Shown one piece after another: positions 36,521-47,907 of a DNA stretch of 64,000 nt. The stretch's first letter is position 1. Each line of letters begins with the position of its first letter. Made by a program: the position numbers and the translations under genes. Source of the DNA: Oculina patagonica (taxonomy: Eukaryota); NCBI RefSeq assembly GCF_052425735.1, contig NC_135771.1, positions 8,308,001 to 8,372,000 of the forward strand, written 5' to 3'. The notes under the pieces were generated by a model, which was not told the origin of the DNA, did no database searches, and saw only the letters and a program-made list of their open reading frames with translations.

Positions 36521-36701
36521 GAGTTTAAATGTATGTATTTTGTGACCCAGGCTCAACCGGCTAAGAGGAACAAGCTGCTCTGGGGACGAGAATGGAAACA
36601 CTAGTAATGACGTCTTCCTCTTCCGCTTTCGATTTCGACATCTCAACGAGACGGTTCACAAGCAGTCTATATTTCACGGAAATAAGGCTATTCTCTGGAG
36701 T

Positions 36702-38411
36702 ATGGAAGATCTACAGCCTATCTCTGCTGCCGAACAAGCTGCTTTCTGTGTGGAATTGACGAAGCGGCTCAACATGCAGCGAAAACAAGATCATTTATGC
36801 GACGTAACTTTGGTGACGAAAGATGACAAAGAGTTCAAGGCTCACAGAAATGTGCTTTCCGCAGCAAGCCCGTTCTTTCACAAGCTTCTTCAGAGCGACA
36901 TGAAAGAGAATCGAGAAGGAATTGCTCGGTTCGAAGAGATTTCGGGGTCTGTAATGGAAGATGTTTTGGAGTTCATCTACACAGGAAGTGTCGAGATCAC
37001 TCAAGAGAATTCTGAAGATCTAATTGCTACAGCGAACTACCTTCTCATCCCGGGCTTGAAAACCGTTTCTGGGCGATTCCTAGAAGGACAGATGACCACA
37101 TCAAACTGCATTTCAACCTTTTTTTTCGCTGAGAAATACCAGTGTGACGAACTTATCGCTAACAGCACGAAGTTTATCCACGCGAACTTCGCCTCTGTAG
37201 CAGAAATGGATGAATTCTTGAACTTGGAGGCGAAGGAAGTCGAGAGGTGGATTTCAAATGACGAGATTTCTGTTGCATTCGAAGAAGATGTTTTTCAAAT
37301 CATATTAAAGTGGGTTGAACAAAACAAGAGCGCGCGAAAAGCAACGTTTGAAGAATTATTTCGTCACGTTCGGCTGGTTTTCCTATCGCGTGACTATTTG
37401 CTTAATGTCGTGACGAATGAACTCGTGCGTGAGAATTTTGGGTGTTTTAGGTTGACCTCAGATGCTATAAAACTGACTACTTTTGCAAGTGAAGATGATG
37501 ATCTGCTGCAGTCACCGAGAAAAGGGCTTGAAACACGCGCCATTGTAGTTTGTGGTGGGAAATACACTTTCTGTTATCTCCCGGAGAAAGATGAGTGGAA
37601 GCGTTTGCCAGACGGGCTGTCAGTGAAAAACCAGAAAACCCAGATGGTAAAATTCCGCGATCAGTTGTACACCTTCCCTCAATATAGTAAGGCAGAGAGA
37701 TACGATCCCGTTTTTAATGGTTGGTCTACTTTGGACCTGTACACTAGTTCTGCTGTGACTGTCGTTAAAGGAGAAATCTATGCCATTGGCGTCGACATAT
37801 CAGCGAAAAAGACCACTATCAAAAGATACAATACGTCGTCGTGTTCATGGCAGACAGTTCTCTCATCTCACGAGGGCTGTAGGCAAGACTCTTGTGTTGT
37901 TGCGGCTGGTAATCATCTGTATGTTGTCGGTGGCAAGCCGCCACAGACACAGGAACACGTTAAGAAAGCAGAGAGATTCGACACTGTGGAAAACAAATGG
38001 GAAGAAATCGCAGACATGCAACGAGAGAGAGGCGGTGCTTTTGGTGTGGCCACTCAAGGAAAGATTTTTGTTGCCGGAGGAAGAGACAGAGAGAACCGTA
38101 TGTCGGACATTTGTGAGATGCACAATATTTCAACAAACGGATGGCAGTCTATTGCAAGTTTGAATGTTAGTCGTGTGTGCGGCAGTATAGTGTGTCTGAA
38201 GGGAACCCTCTATGTGCTGGGTGGCACTTACTATATACAAAGTGACTTGAGTGTTGAATGCTATAACCCTACAGAGGACAAATGGACCCAGAAGACAACC
38301 ATACCAGTGAAAATGATCTCTGAAGAAAATAAAGATACATTCACCGGATGTGTCCTGAAACTCTCCAAAGGAGTACTGGACAAAGCTTATGTTGTGAAAC
38401 TAAAAGAATAG
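36702..38411 (+). CDS. K5: Kelch-like BTB-BACK-Kelch protein, 569 aa
   Basis: Intact ORF with the same domain signatures as K2. Confidence 0.95.
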   Translation: MEDLQPISAAEQAAFCVELTKRLNMQRKQDHLCDVTLVTKDDKEFKAHRNVLSAASPFFHKLLQSDMKENREGIARFEEISGSVMEDVLEFIYTGSVEITQENSEDLIATANYLLIPGLKTVSGRFLEGQMTTSNCISTFFFAEKYQCDELIANSTKFIHANFASVAEMDEFLNLEAKEVERWISNDEISVAFEEDVFQIILKWVEQNKSARKATFEELFRHVRLVFLSRDYLLNVVTNELVRENFGCFRLTSDAIKLTTFASEDDDLLQSPRKGLETRAIVVCGGKYTFCYLPEKDEWKRLPDGLSVKNQKTQMVKFRDQLYTFPQYSKAERYDPVFNGWSTLDLYTSSAVTVVKGEIYAIGVDISAKKTTIKRYNTSSCSWQTVLSSHEGCRQDSCVVAAGNHLYVVGGKPPQTQEHVKKAERFDTVENKWEEIADMQRERGGAFGVATQGKIFVAGGRDRENRMSDICEMHNISTNGWQSIASLNVSRVCGSIVCLKGTLYVLGGTYYIQSDLSVECYNPTEDKWTQKTTIPVKMISEENKDTFTGCVLKLSKGVLDKAYVVKLKE

Positions 38412-39730
38412 TCACACAGCTGTTTGACATCTTACTTTTGATAAACGTTTAAACGATTTTCATACATTTTACAGAGAAGTTCCTTATCAAGTTTACCACT
38501 TTCTGACATTAATTTACAGTAAAATCAATGTAAGAATATATTTACGGCATCGTAATACATAGTAGTCATTTTCATAGTAGAGTCTTTACTCTACCACTTT
38601 TGTATAATATTACTTTTGAGCAATGATTGTTGTTGCCAGTTTTTAATGATTATATGTTCATTTACGCAAAAAAACGTTTCAACATTTTTTTCTGTATGAA
38701 TCAAATTTTGGTCCCCTCCAATCAAAATTCCTAGATCCGGCCCTAAAGTGTCTTGCCTAAGAATACAACTTAATAGTAACCGCAGACAGGACTCAAATCC
38801 GCTCGATCCGGGGTCCAGTGCACTAACCATAAGAGCTCATTAAGCCACCGTACCTACGGTTGAATGCTTTGCACGCGAACAATCTTTGAAAATTACTTTA
38901 AGTTTTAAATTGACGGCATGGAACGTCTGTTTGTACTAACCTGAAACTTGCCTATCGTGTCGTAGCTTCGAATTCTTTAATGAAATCCGACAGCCTGATT
39001 GTCCGTACGTATGTGTACTGAACGTGGCACAAGTCCATGTGACTTAATATAAAAGCAAAGAAATTGCAGAGTGAATCAAAGTCATACAATCAATACCTTG
39101 TATGCAACCCTTCCAGAGATACGTCCCTGGGACAAGGTTACACCCCCCTCCCTCCCCGGTGTGGGGAATACCATGTAAAAGTGACGAGGGTGTTCGTCGG
39201 AAATTTTGAAAGGAAACTCTAAAAGATACAAAATCCTTGCTTTGTGGGTGTATTTTGAATTCATCTTCATCCCTAAAAGTTATCAATATGTAAACGCCGA
39301 AAGCCGTGTTCTTTTTTCTCTCTTGTCGGTGAGGACAACGGGAAAAACAAGAGCAGTTTGGGAAGAGACGAAAGAGGAAACAAATCCACTCGTTCATATT
39401 TTGGCCTGTCTTCAACGTAAAATTCCAAAAATAAGCCTAGCAGTTATATTTACTCATTGGCCCTAATAGGTGGGCTTATATTTGGGAGGGGCTTATATAG
39501 GGAAGGAGGGTGGGAGGGGCTTTTTATCGGATGGAAATTTGCGTTTCGAAAATCGTTGGGTTTCTATTTGGACTGGAAACTGTCTGAAAATTTTTTGTTG
39601 CTTTCAAGAATACCAAATGGCCAAACTCTCTAAAAATAAAGATGTGAAACCCAAACCAAATCCTACATATATAAAACAAACATTACAGCTCTTTAAACAA
39701 CAACAACAACAAAAATGAAACAAAAAAAAA

Positions 39731-39902
39731 CGAAATGATTTGAGTGTTGAATGCTATGACCCTACAGAGGACAAATGGATCAAGAAGACAACCGCATACC
39801 AGTGAAAATGATCTCCGAAAAAGGTGAGGATTCATTCACCGGGTTTGCACTGAAACTCTCCAAAGGAGTACTGGACAAAGCGTTGTTAAACTAAAAGAAT
39901 AG
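39731..39902 (+). pseudogene. K6: 3' relic of a Kelch-like gene
   Basis: Only RNDLSVECYDPTEDKW..KLSKGVLDK..KLKE* remains, with small frameshifting indels. The 3' flank matches that of K9. Confidence 0.9.
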
Positions 39903-41159
39903 TCACACAGCTGTTTGGCACCATTGTGTTTGAAAGGTCCACTTACCCTTAAACTCGGGGTAGGAGGGAGGGGAATCATCTGGATCTGGAAAATAATAAC
40001 AAATTGTAAAATTTAAAATAAAACGAAAAAATAAAAACGAAAAATAAAAACGAAAATAAAAAGGAAACCTGGTCGATGATCGGTCCCAAGGAAAACAGCT
40101 TTCCCTTATGCCTACAGGTTTGCTTAATAGAGTCTGTCTGTTAGCTTCAGTTTAGGGTTTGAAAGATGAAGCTGACAGTTGAAGATCTACTGTAAACGCT
40201 ACTACTTTGGTTTAACGATTTAAATACATTTTACAGCAAAGTTTCATTCCAAGTTTACCTTTTTCCGACATTAATTTACAGTCGAATGTTTGAATATATG
40301 AATATATTTAGGGCATCGTTTCGAGTATGTTTTACATCAATAAAATTCACTCAAAATCTTTTTCCTTTGATTTAGAGATGTTCAATTACCATACAATTTA
40401 CAAACACTATTATTTCGAAAGTGTCTACTTACCGACAGATCGATGATATTAAGTGACCTTCAACTCGAACTAGCAGTACGAGTATGAACAGTACGAGTAT
40501 GAGCGTGACTTTTTTAAACCTTGCGTGTGCCGTGCCCAAGATCGTCACGTGTCATACAATTCACGTTTCCAGAACCTCTGCGTCTCCTTGGCAGCGACAC
40601 TGGAGGATCAAAGGCTCTGGAAACGAGAATGGTTATTTGAATTACGATTTGAATAGTCCTTATAACTGAACCATGAAGTCTTCGAAGTAAATAAGTCTAC
40701 TCCACCAAGGCAAACAATGATCGTAGGTTTGCGTGACAAAGAGAGCAAAAAAGGGAGGGGGGGGAGGGGGGGGGGGGAGTATAAAAATCACGAGCGAAGT
40801 TATAAGAAAAGTCACGCAAGATGTTCTAAATGGCGTAAACATTTAATTCCCAAATCGTACGAGAAAAAAAAAAGTTTTAGCTTTCGTAAAGCCGCTATTT
40901 TACCCATTTATGTAAGAGAAACTTATAAGATTGGTCTTTAATGTTAGTATTGTGTTAAAATAAAGTGATTTCATCTGAAATCTTGTGAATAGTGCATGTA
41001 TTAAGTAGCCAATTAGAGCGAACAAGAAACACTAGTAACTTGATGAAGTCGAGACTTGGAAGGATTCTTCGGCTGGGAAGTGACAAACCTGACGGTTCCG
41101 TCTCTTTCGTCACAAAACCTGCTTAGCAAGGTAAAAAAATCAAGTCTGCATCGGATCAA

Positions 41160-41375
41160 GCGTCTCAAAACGCCGGAGCTACTCCTGACTTCAGGATGGG
41201 ATGCTAGTCCATCGCTGGGTACCCCCAGATTCGCCGGTACCCATTTACACACATGGGTGGAGAGAGGCACTATGAAAGTAAAGCGTCTTGCCCAAGAACA
41301 CAACACAGTGACCCCAAACAGGACTCGAACCCGGACCGCTCGTTCCGGGGTCCAGTGCATTAGCCATAAGACCGT
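41160..41375 (-). mobile_element. tRNA-derived SINE
   Basis: Well-preserved copy with reverse-strand B-box GGTTCGAGTCC, then tgtgttcttgggcaag and aaatgggtaccggcgaa. Confidence 0.75.
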
Positions 41376-42103
41376 GTGCGCTTTCTTACCGCACGTAGCA
41401 GCCAGGGCGGGAGAAGGTGTGGCAAACCAGCTAGCAAATTCTTGTCCTATACACTACTTGTTTCTTGTTGGTAAATAGAAATTCCGGTAGTTACCGGTAG
41501 TATCTTCAATGCAACCCTTCAAAAGATATGTCCCTGGAACAAGTTCCCCCACTCTTCCCCCGCTGGGGGACTACCATATAAAAGTTACGGGGGTGTTCGT
41601 CGGAAATTTTAAAAAGAACTTCAAAACAGTGCCTTAAAGTATCGTACCAGAAGCTTGCTTTGTTGGTGTATCTTGAATTCCTTTTCATCCTTAAAAGTTG
41701 TTAAAATGTAAACGCCGAAAGCCGTGTTCTTTTTTCTTTGTAAATGTCATAGAAAGAAAACATCATAAAATTCCAAAAATAAGCCTTGCACCCCCCGGGG
41801 GCGGCCTTGCACTTATATTTTCTCAATGTCCCTTTAGGTTGGCGTATTTTTGGAAGGGGCTTATACGGGTGGGGGGGGGGGGGGGGGGCTTATTTACGGA
41901 TGGAAATTTGCGTTTCAAAATCTTTAGCTTCCTATTTGGACGGGAAACTGTCTGAATTTTTTTTTTGCTTTCAAGAATACCAAATTGCCAAACTCTCTTA
42001 AAAAAACTAATCTAAAAATCTAAATCGGCCTTGAAACAAACACTACAGGTCTCTGAACAAAGAAAAATATAAAAGAAGCTCTACAATAGTAGGGACCTAT
42101 ATA

Positions 42104-42494
42104 CAGCTAATTCGAGAAAAGTTGTCGGAAAAAAGCACAAAATCGCACGCGACAAGACTTGAATTTTGCATATTGGCCTAGAGAAAATGTACAAGTTTGT
42201 ATTTTTGCACATGAATATTCAATTTTTCCTCTCAGGAGGCCTTTTTCTGTAGCTTTACTTTTACTGTCGCATGTCATTGAGTTTCGAAAATTTTTCTAAA
42301 ATTCAGCGTGGCTAAAAGTTCCTTGTTTCCACAAGTCTGACTAGGAAGAAAACATGCAAATTCGCGTTTACCATGTCGCCATCTTAGTAGTTTTTAGCAC
42401 GTGCTGTAGCTCTCTACTTCTACCCATACTACCTTTCGTTCTGGTCGCGTGCACTTTTGTGCGTTTTTTCCGACAACCTTTCTCGAATTAGCTG
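42104..42494. mobile_element. TA-target MITE (Tc1/mariner type)
   Basis: ~50-bp imperfect TIR cagctaattcgagaaa.gttgtcggaaaaaa, TA flanks, empty site gggacctatagtcag at ~57895. Confidence 0.85.
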
Positions 42495-42543
42495 TATAGT
42501 CAGAGGAGTTATGTCAGATGTTATGTCAGCTATAACTAATTAA

Positions 42544-43773
42544 GGTATCAGTGTACCGGCCCCAAAATTAACCATTTTAAAGAAAAATATATTTTGGTAT
42601 TTTCACGTAGATCGCATTAAGACCTCTCATTCAAAAAAGTTACATGTAAAAAGATCGACTCTACACAAAGTTATGAAGGAAAACCATTCCTTGCCATTAA
42701 CAATTTGATAATGATAGCTGTCAACAGGTTGTCTAAAGGAGCGCGGCGATACTACCGTTGTGTGACTATCAGAGTTCTTGGTTTTCGACGAGTTGCTTTG
42801 AGTGTTTTGCGCTGGCAAAATGCATAGTTTTCCTGATGTCAAAGAAGAAACATTTTTCCATTTCTATCTCAAGTTTGAACAATGTTGCAAAGGTAAAAAC
42901 AAAAGATTTGCAGATGCGCCAGTAGATGGAGACAACGAGTTTATATTCACCGCTTGAAGCTGAACATCACGACCTAGCATCATGACCAGTCCCTCAACTT
43001 ACTTAAGAATGCTTGCAATTCCACGTTTTCGTTGTTTTAAATCTAACATTTCTAAAACTGTTGCACTGTGACAAAAATTTTTATAACGCAAGCCGTAGAA
43101 CTGATATCATGCAACATACCGTTTCCGGCCAGAAGCAACATTTGACACGCATGATCATTTTCACACGTCTTGTGTAATTAATCTCATTACACCCAACGAG
43201 ATTACACCGGAAGAACGCCCCAAAATACATTTTCTTTCGTATCTCGAAAACAAAGTTTCGAAGAGAGAGGCGCACATTTTAAGTTCGTTTTCATTTCAGT
43301 TTTAACCGTTTTCGCTGAAATTTGGCAAGAATGTTGCCTGATAATCGATCAACAAAACAGTGTCGGCGAATTCTAATATTTTTCTTCTTTAAAAAGTTAT
43401 GTCTGTTTAAAGAAAGAGAATAGTTGTTTTTTACACTCTGGAAGTTTAACTGCGTGTCAAAAACAAACCAGACAAGTAATCAATATTCCCCGACATAGTT
43501 TTTTAGAGAAAGGTGTGAAGAACACACAGCGATGTTGATCGCTTTTTCCCATTCAAATTTCTCCGGAAACGAACCCGATTTATGAGCCTTGGTACTGTTG
43601 GAAATAACACGCTCTATTTGGACAACGTTAATATTTCAACTTAAAATAAATACATCTCTGTAATCTTCAATTCCTAAGCTTTCAGAAAATATATTCCTTG
43701 CTGGGGTTTGCGTTAATTACCAGTTGGTAAGGCAGCTCCAACGCATGATGGTCATTTGGGGTACACTGATACC
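42544..43773. mobile_element. Non-autonomous element with TTAA TSD (Kolobok-like ends)
   Basis: 14-bp TIR ggtatcagtgtacc with TTAA on both sides. Absent at the paralogous site ~57955. Confidence 0.85.
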
Positions 43774-44022
43774 TTAAAAGCCCATGAGCTTATAGTCGGG
43801 AGGGCATATTTTCGAAATGATGTTTGCGTCTGAGATTTCGGCAGCTTATTTCCCTAATTTTGCGGTACCGAAAAAAAGAAAAAGAAAATAAAACACTGAG
43901 AAATAAAACAATACGTTTACGCGTGATGACGTCAACTCTGAATTCGTTCCCAGTTCTCTCCATCTGAGCAGACGGTTCAAAAGGAGTCTATATTTCACGG
44001 AAATAAGGTTATTCTCTGGAGT

Positions 44023-45723
44023 ATGGAAGATCTGCAGCCTATCTCTGCTGCCGAACAAGCTTCATTCTGCGTGGAATTGACAAAGCGGCTCAACATGCAG
44101 CGAAAACAAGATCATTTATGCGACGTAACTTTGGTGACAAAAGATGACAAAGAGTTCAAGGCTCATAGAAATGTGCTTTCCGCAGCAAGCCCGTTCTTTC
44201 ACAAGCTTCTTCAGAGCGACATGAAAGAGAATCGAGAAGGAATTGCTCGGTTCGAAGAGGTTTCGGGGTCTGTAATGGAAGATGTTTTGGAGTTCATCTA
44301 CACAGGAAGTGTCGAGATCACTCAAGAGAACTCTAAAGATTTAATCGCTACAGCGAACTATCTTCTCATCCCGGGCTTGAAAACCGTTTCTGGCCGATTT
44401 CTAGAAGGACAGATGACCAAATCAAACTGCATTTCAACCTTTTATTTCGCTGAGAAATACCAGTGTGACGAACTCGTCGCTAACAGCAGGAAGTTTATCC
44501 ACGCGAACTTCGTCTCTGTAGCAGAAATGAATGAATTCTTAAACTTGGAAGCGAAGGAAGTCGAGAGGTGGATTTCAAGCGATGAGATTTCTGTTGCATT
44601 CGAAGAAGATGTTTTTCGAATCATATCAAAGTGGGTTGAACAAAACAAAAGCGAGCGTAAGGCAGCTTTTGAAGAATTGTTTCGTCACGTACGGCTGGTT
44701 CTCCTATCGCGTGACTATTTGCTCGATGTCGTGACAAATGAACTCGTGCGTGAGAATTCTGTTTGCTTGAGGCTGATCTCAGATTCTATAAAACTGACTA
44801 CCTTTGCTAGTGAAGATGATGATCTGCCGCTGTCACCGAGAAAAGGGCTTGAAACTCGCGTCATTGTAGCTTGTGGAGGGAAATATACTTTTTGTTATCT
44901 CCCGGAGAAAAATGAGTGGAAGCGTTTGCCAGACGGGCTGTCAGGGAAAAATCAGAAAACCCAGATGAGGAAATTCCGCGATCAGTTGTACACCTTTCCT
45001 AAATATGGTAAGGCAGAGAGATACGATCCCTTTTTTAATGGTTGGTCTACTTTGGACCTGTACACTAGTTCTGCTGTGACTGTCGTTAAAGGAGAAATCT
45101 ATGATATTGAAGTCAACACATCAACGAAAAAGACCACTATCAAGAGATACAATACGTGGTCGTGTTCGTGGCAGACAGTTCTCTCATCTCACGAGGGCTG
45201 CAGGGATGACTCTTGTGTTGTTGCGGCTGGCAATCATCTGTATGTTCTCGGTGGGATGCCGCCACAGCAATCGAAATACGTTACGAAAGCAGAGAGATTC
45301 GACGTAGTGGAAAACAAATGGCAGGAAATTGGAAACATGCAACAAGAAAGAGGTTATGCTTTTGGTGTGGCCACTCAAGGAAAGATTTTTGTTGCCGGGG
45401 GGAAGCCTTTGACTAGAACATGTGAGATGTACAATATTTCAACAAACGAATGGCAGTCTATTGCAAGCTTGAATGTGTATCGTGGATGTGCCAGTATGGT
45501 GTGTCTGAAGGGAACACTCTATGTGCTGGGTGGCACAAATGACTGTTCGCAAAGTGAATTGAGTGTTGAATGCTATGACCTTACTGTTAAAGAGGACAAA
45601 TGGGTCAAGAAAACAACCATACCAGTGAAAGTGATCTCCAAGCAAAGTAAGGATACATTCTCTGGCTGTGTACTGAAGCTCTCTAAAGGAGTACTGGACA
45701 AAGTTTCCGTTGTTAAAGAATAG
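44023..45723 (+). CDS. K7: Kelch-like BTB-BACK-Kelch protein, 566 aa
   Basis: Intact ORF. CRE at 43927-34 and TTCACGGAA at 43994-44002 lie upstream. Confidence 0.95.
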   Translation: MEDLQPISAAEQASFCVELTKRLNMQRKQDHLCDVTLVTKDDKEFKAHRNVLSAASPFFHKLLQSDMKENREGIARFEEVSGSVMEDVLEFIYTGSVEITQENSKDLIATANYLLIPGLKTVSGRFLEGQMTKSNCISTFYFAEKYQCDELVANSRKFIHANFVSVAEMNEFLNLEAKEVERWISSDEISVAFEEDVFRIISKWVEQNKSERKAAFEELFRHVRLVLLSRDYLLDVVTNELVRENSVCLRLISDSIKLTTFASEDDDLPLSPRKGLETRVIVACGGKYTFCYLPEKNEWKRLPDGLSGKNQKTQMRKFRDQLYTFPKYGKAERYDPFFNGWSTLDLYTSSAVTVVKGEIYDIEVNTSTKKTTIKRYNTWSCSWQTVLSSHEGCRDDSCVVAAGNHLYVLGGMPPQQSKYVTKAERFDVVENKWQEIGNMQQERGYAFGVATQGKIFVAGGKPLTRTCEMYNISTNEWQSIASLNVYRGCASMVCLKGTLYVLGGTNDCSQSELSVECYDLTVKEDKWVKKTTIPVKVISKQSKDTFSGCVLKLSKGVLDKVSVVKE

Positions 45724-46296
45724 TTTTGAAGGGAAAACGCAAAAGAGAAAGGAGACTGGGAAAAGGAAACGAATCCTGTCGTTAATATTTCGGCCCGTCT
45801 TTGCTCGCCTTTTTAAACACGCTGGAACTGCTTTTTTTTTTAAACATTTTAAAACATTTAATCCTTGGTTAAATGGAGCCAAAACAATGGAAATTAAGGT
45901 CGCGGAAATTAACGCCCCACTTAATTAACGGCGCGGAAATTAACGTTAACAAAAATTAACGCGACTTAAATTAACGCGAATTTTTGAGATTCGCGTTAAT
46001 TTCCTATAATAAGGTATGTGGTTTGCTCAATGTGAGAACCTGTCTGTTAACTTTAATTTCGCGTTTGAAAGATGAAGCTGTCAGTTAGATTTGCTGTAAA
46101 TGTACCTTGGAAAACGATTTTCATGCATTTACAGTAAAGTTTCATTTCAAGTTTCATTTCATTTTTCGAGATACATGTAAATTCACTGCAGAATGTATTT
46201 ACATTAGCATTTACATTAACATATTTACGATATCGTATCGAGTATGTTTTACATAATTCAGTCTCACTCAACTAGAAACTTTTGGTAGCTACCTTA

Positions 46297-46557
46297 AGGC
46301 CTGGCCAAACGGAGACGCAAGTTGACAACTTGCGCCTACTTGCGTCTCCGTTTCTGAACAGGACTTTTGTGCACTTGTGTTGACTTGCGTTCACTTTTGT
46401 GATCAAATTTGCACCAAGTTTTCACCGTTTGGCCATCCAGCGATAGTCAACGCAAGTCTTGTACTGAATTGCAGTACGCGCAGTAGCATTGAAATGGCTT
46501 TTTTGACAACTTTCATGCAGTTGTAAGTAAACTTGCGATTCCGTTTGGCCAGGGCTT
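46297..46557. mobile_element. Short MITE
   Basis: IR cctggccaaacgga / tccgtttggccagg with TTA/TAA-like flanks. Confidence 0.65.
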
Positions 46558-47699
46558 TAGGTTAAAGAGATGTTGAATTTCCATAAAAAACACTTCTATT
46601 GCTTAAATGTTTACTTACCGACAGCGGATCGAAGGTGCGAGTATACACGAGCGTGACTTTTTTTCAATGCTAGCGCGCGTGCTCAAGATCGTCACGTGTC
46701 ACACCATTCTCGTTCCCAGAACCACCGCGTCTACTTGTCAGTAACAAGGAGGATCAAGGGCTCTGGGAACGAGATTAGTTGTTTAAATATCGATTTGAAT
46801 GTCCCCAAGAACTGAACCACGAGGACTTGAAAATACGAAAGTGTTACTACCAAAGCAAACAATGAACGTAGGTTTGCGTGACCGAAGAAAGGGCAAAAAT
46901 AGAAGCTATTAAAATCACGGGAGAAATATGAATCGCGCTAAAAGTTAAAAAGTCACGCGGATGTTTAAAATGTTTAAATTGTTTTCTCCTTGTATTTTCT
47001 CTTTTAAGCGTAAGCATTTTGCAGCTTTTTAATCCTTTTATTGTTGTAAATATTATTTTTTGTCCGTTGTACAGATATGATGATATCATATAGCTTATAT
47101 ACATAATTGTGGGAAAGCGCCTCGTATGGGTTCTTTCGTCCCGTTCGCGCTCTCCCCTTTGAAAAAATGTTTTTGTAATTTTGTATTAGTATATACATTC
47201 ATTAACACTATACTACTTTTTGTTATGTTTACTAAATGGCGCGAGAAAATAACAAAAATCGTGCAAGAAATTACGTTTTAGCTTTCGCAAGGCTGCAGTG
47301 TTGGTTTTTCCTGTAAGGCAATCTTACAGCAAAGTTGTAAGTCTGAACGTTCAGCGCGAGCACTTGGTAGCTTCGAATTTACGCCATCTTATTAATGTTT
47401 ATGTGTTGAATTGTTTTATAGTTAAGCTAAGTCTTGTTTTAGCTTAACATGATTCTAAACTGAAGGTATATCCGCGTTAAAATAAAGTGATTTTATTTGA
47501 AATTCAGCGAATAGTGTGAATAGTGTTATTCTTGCACTTTTAGTAACTAATCAGAGCGCACAAGAAACACTTCTGACTTGATGAAGTCGAGACTTGGAAG
47601 GACCCTTTGCCCGGGAAGTGACCAAGCCTATCGCTATCGTCACAAAACCTGCTTAGCAACGCAAATAAAAATAGTCAAGTCTTATTTGGACCAAGGGTC

Positions 47700-47907
47700 T
47701 GAAAACACTGGAGCTTATCCCGATTTTAGAATGGGATGCTAGTCCATCGCAGGGTTGACCCCCAGATTCGAAGGTTCCCATTTATACTACTGGGTAGCGA
47801 GTAGCCAGTGTCTCGTCTAAGAACAAAATGCAATGACCCAGGCCGGGGCTCGAACACGGACTGATCGATTCGGAGTCCAGCGCGCTAACCATTAGGCCAA
47901 CGCCCCT
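47700..47907 (-). mobile_element. tRNA-derived SINE
   Basis: The reverse strand shows A-box TGGCCTAATGG and B-box GTTCGAGCC, followed by the family body. Confidence 0.75.

Larger units (their letters stand above)
31902..36594. mobile_element. Copy of the 18159 MITE expanded by nested insertions
   Basis: Left cattctcgtccc and right gctctggggacgagaatg ends. The internal pieces match 18190-18470 and 18520-18592. Confidence 0.75.

Noticed and set aside
47850-47907. tRNA gene
   Set aside because: A- and B-boxes are present but run directly into the SINE body, and the copies are degenerate.
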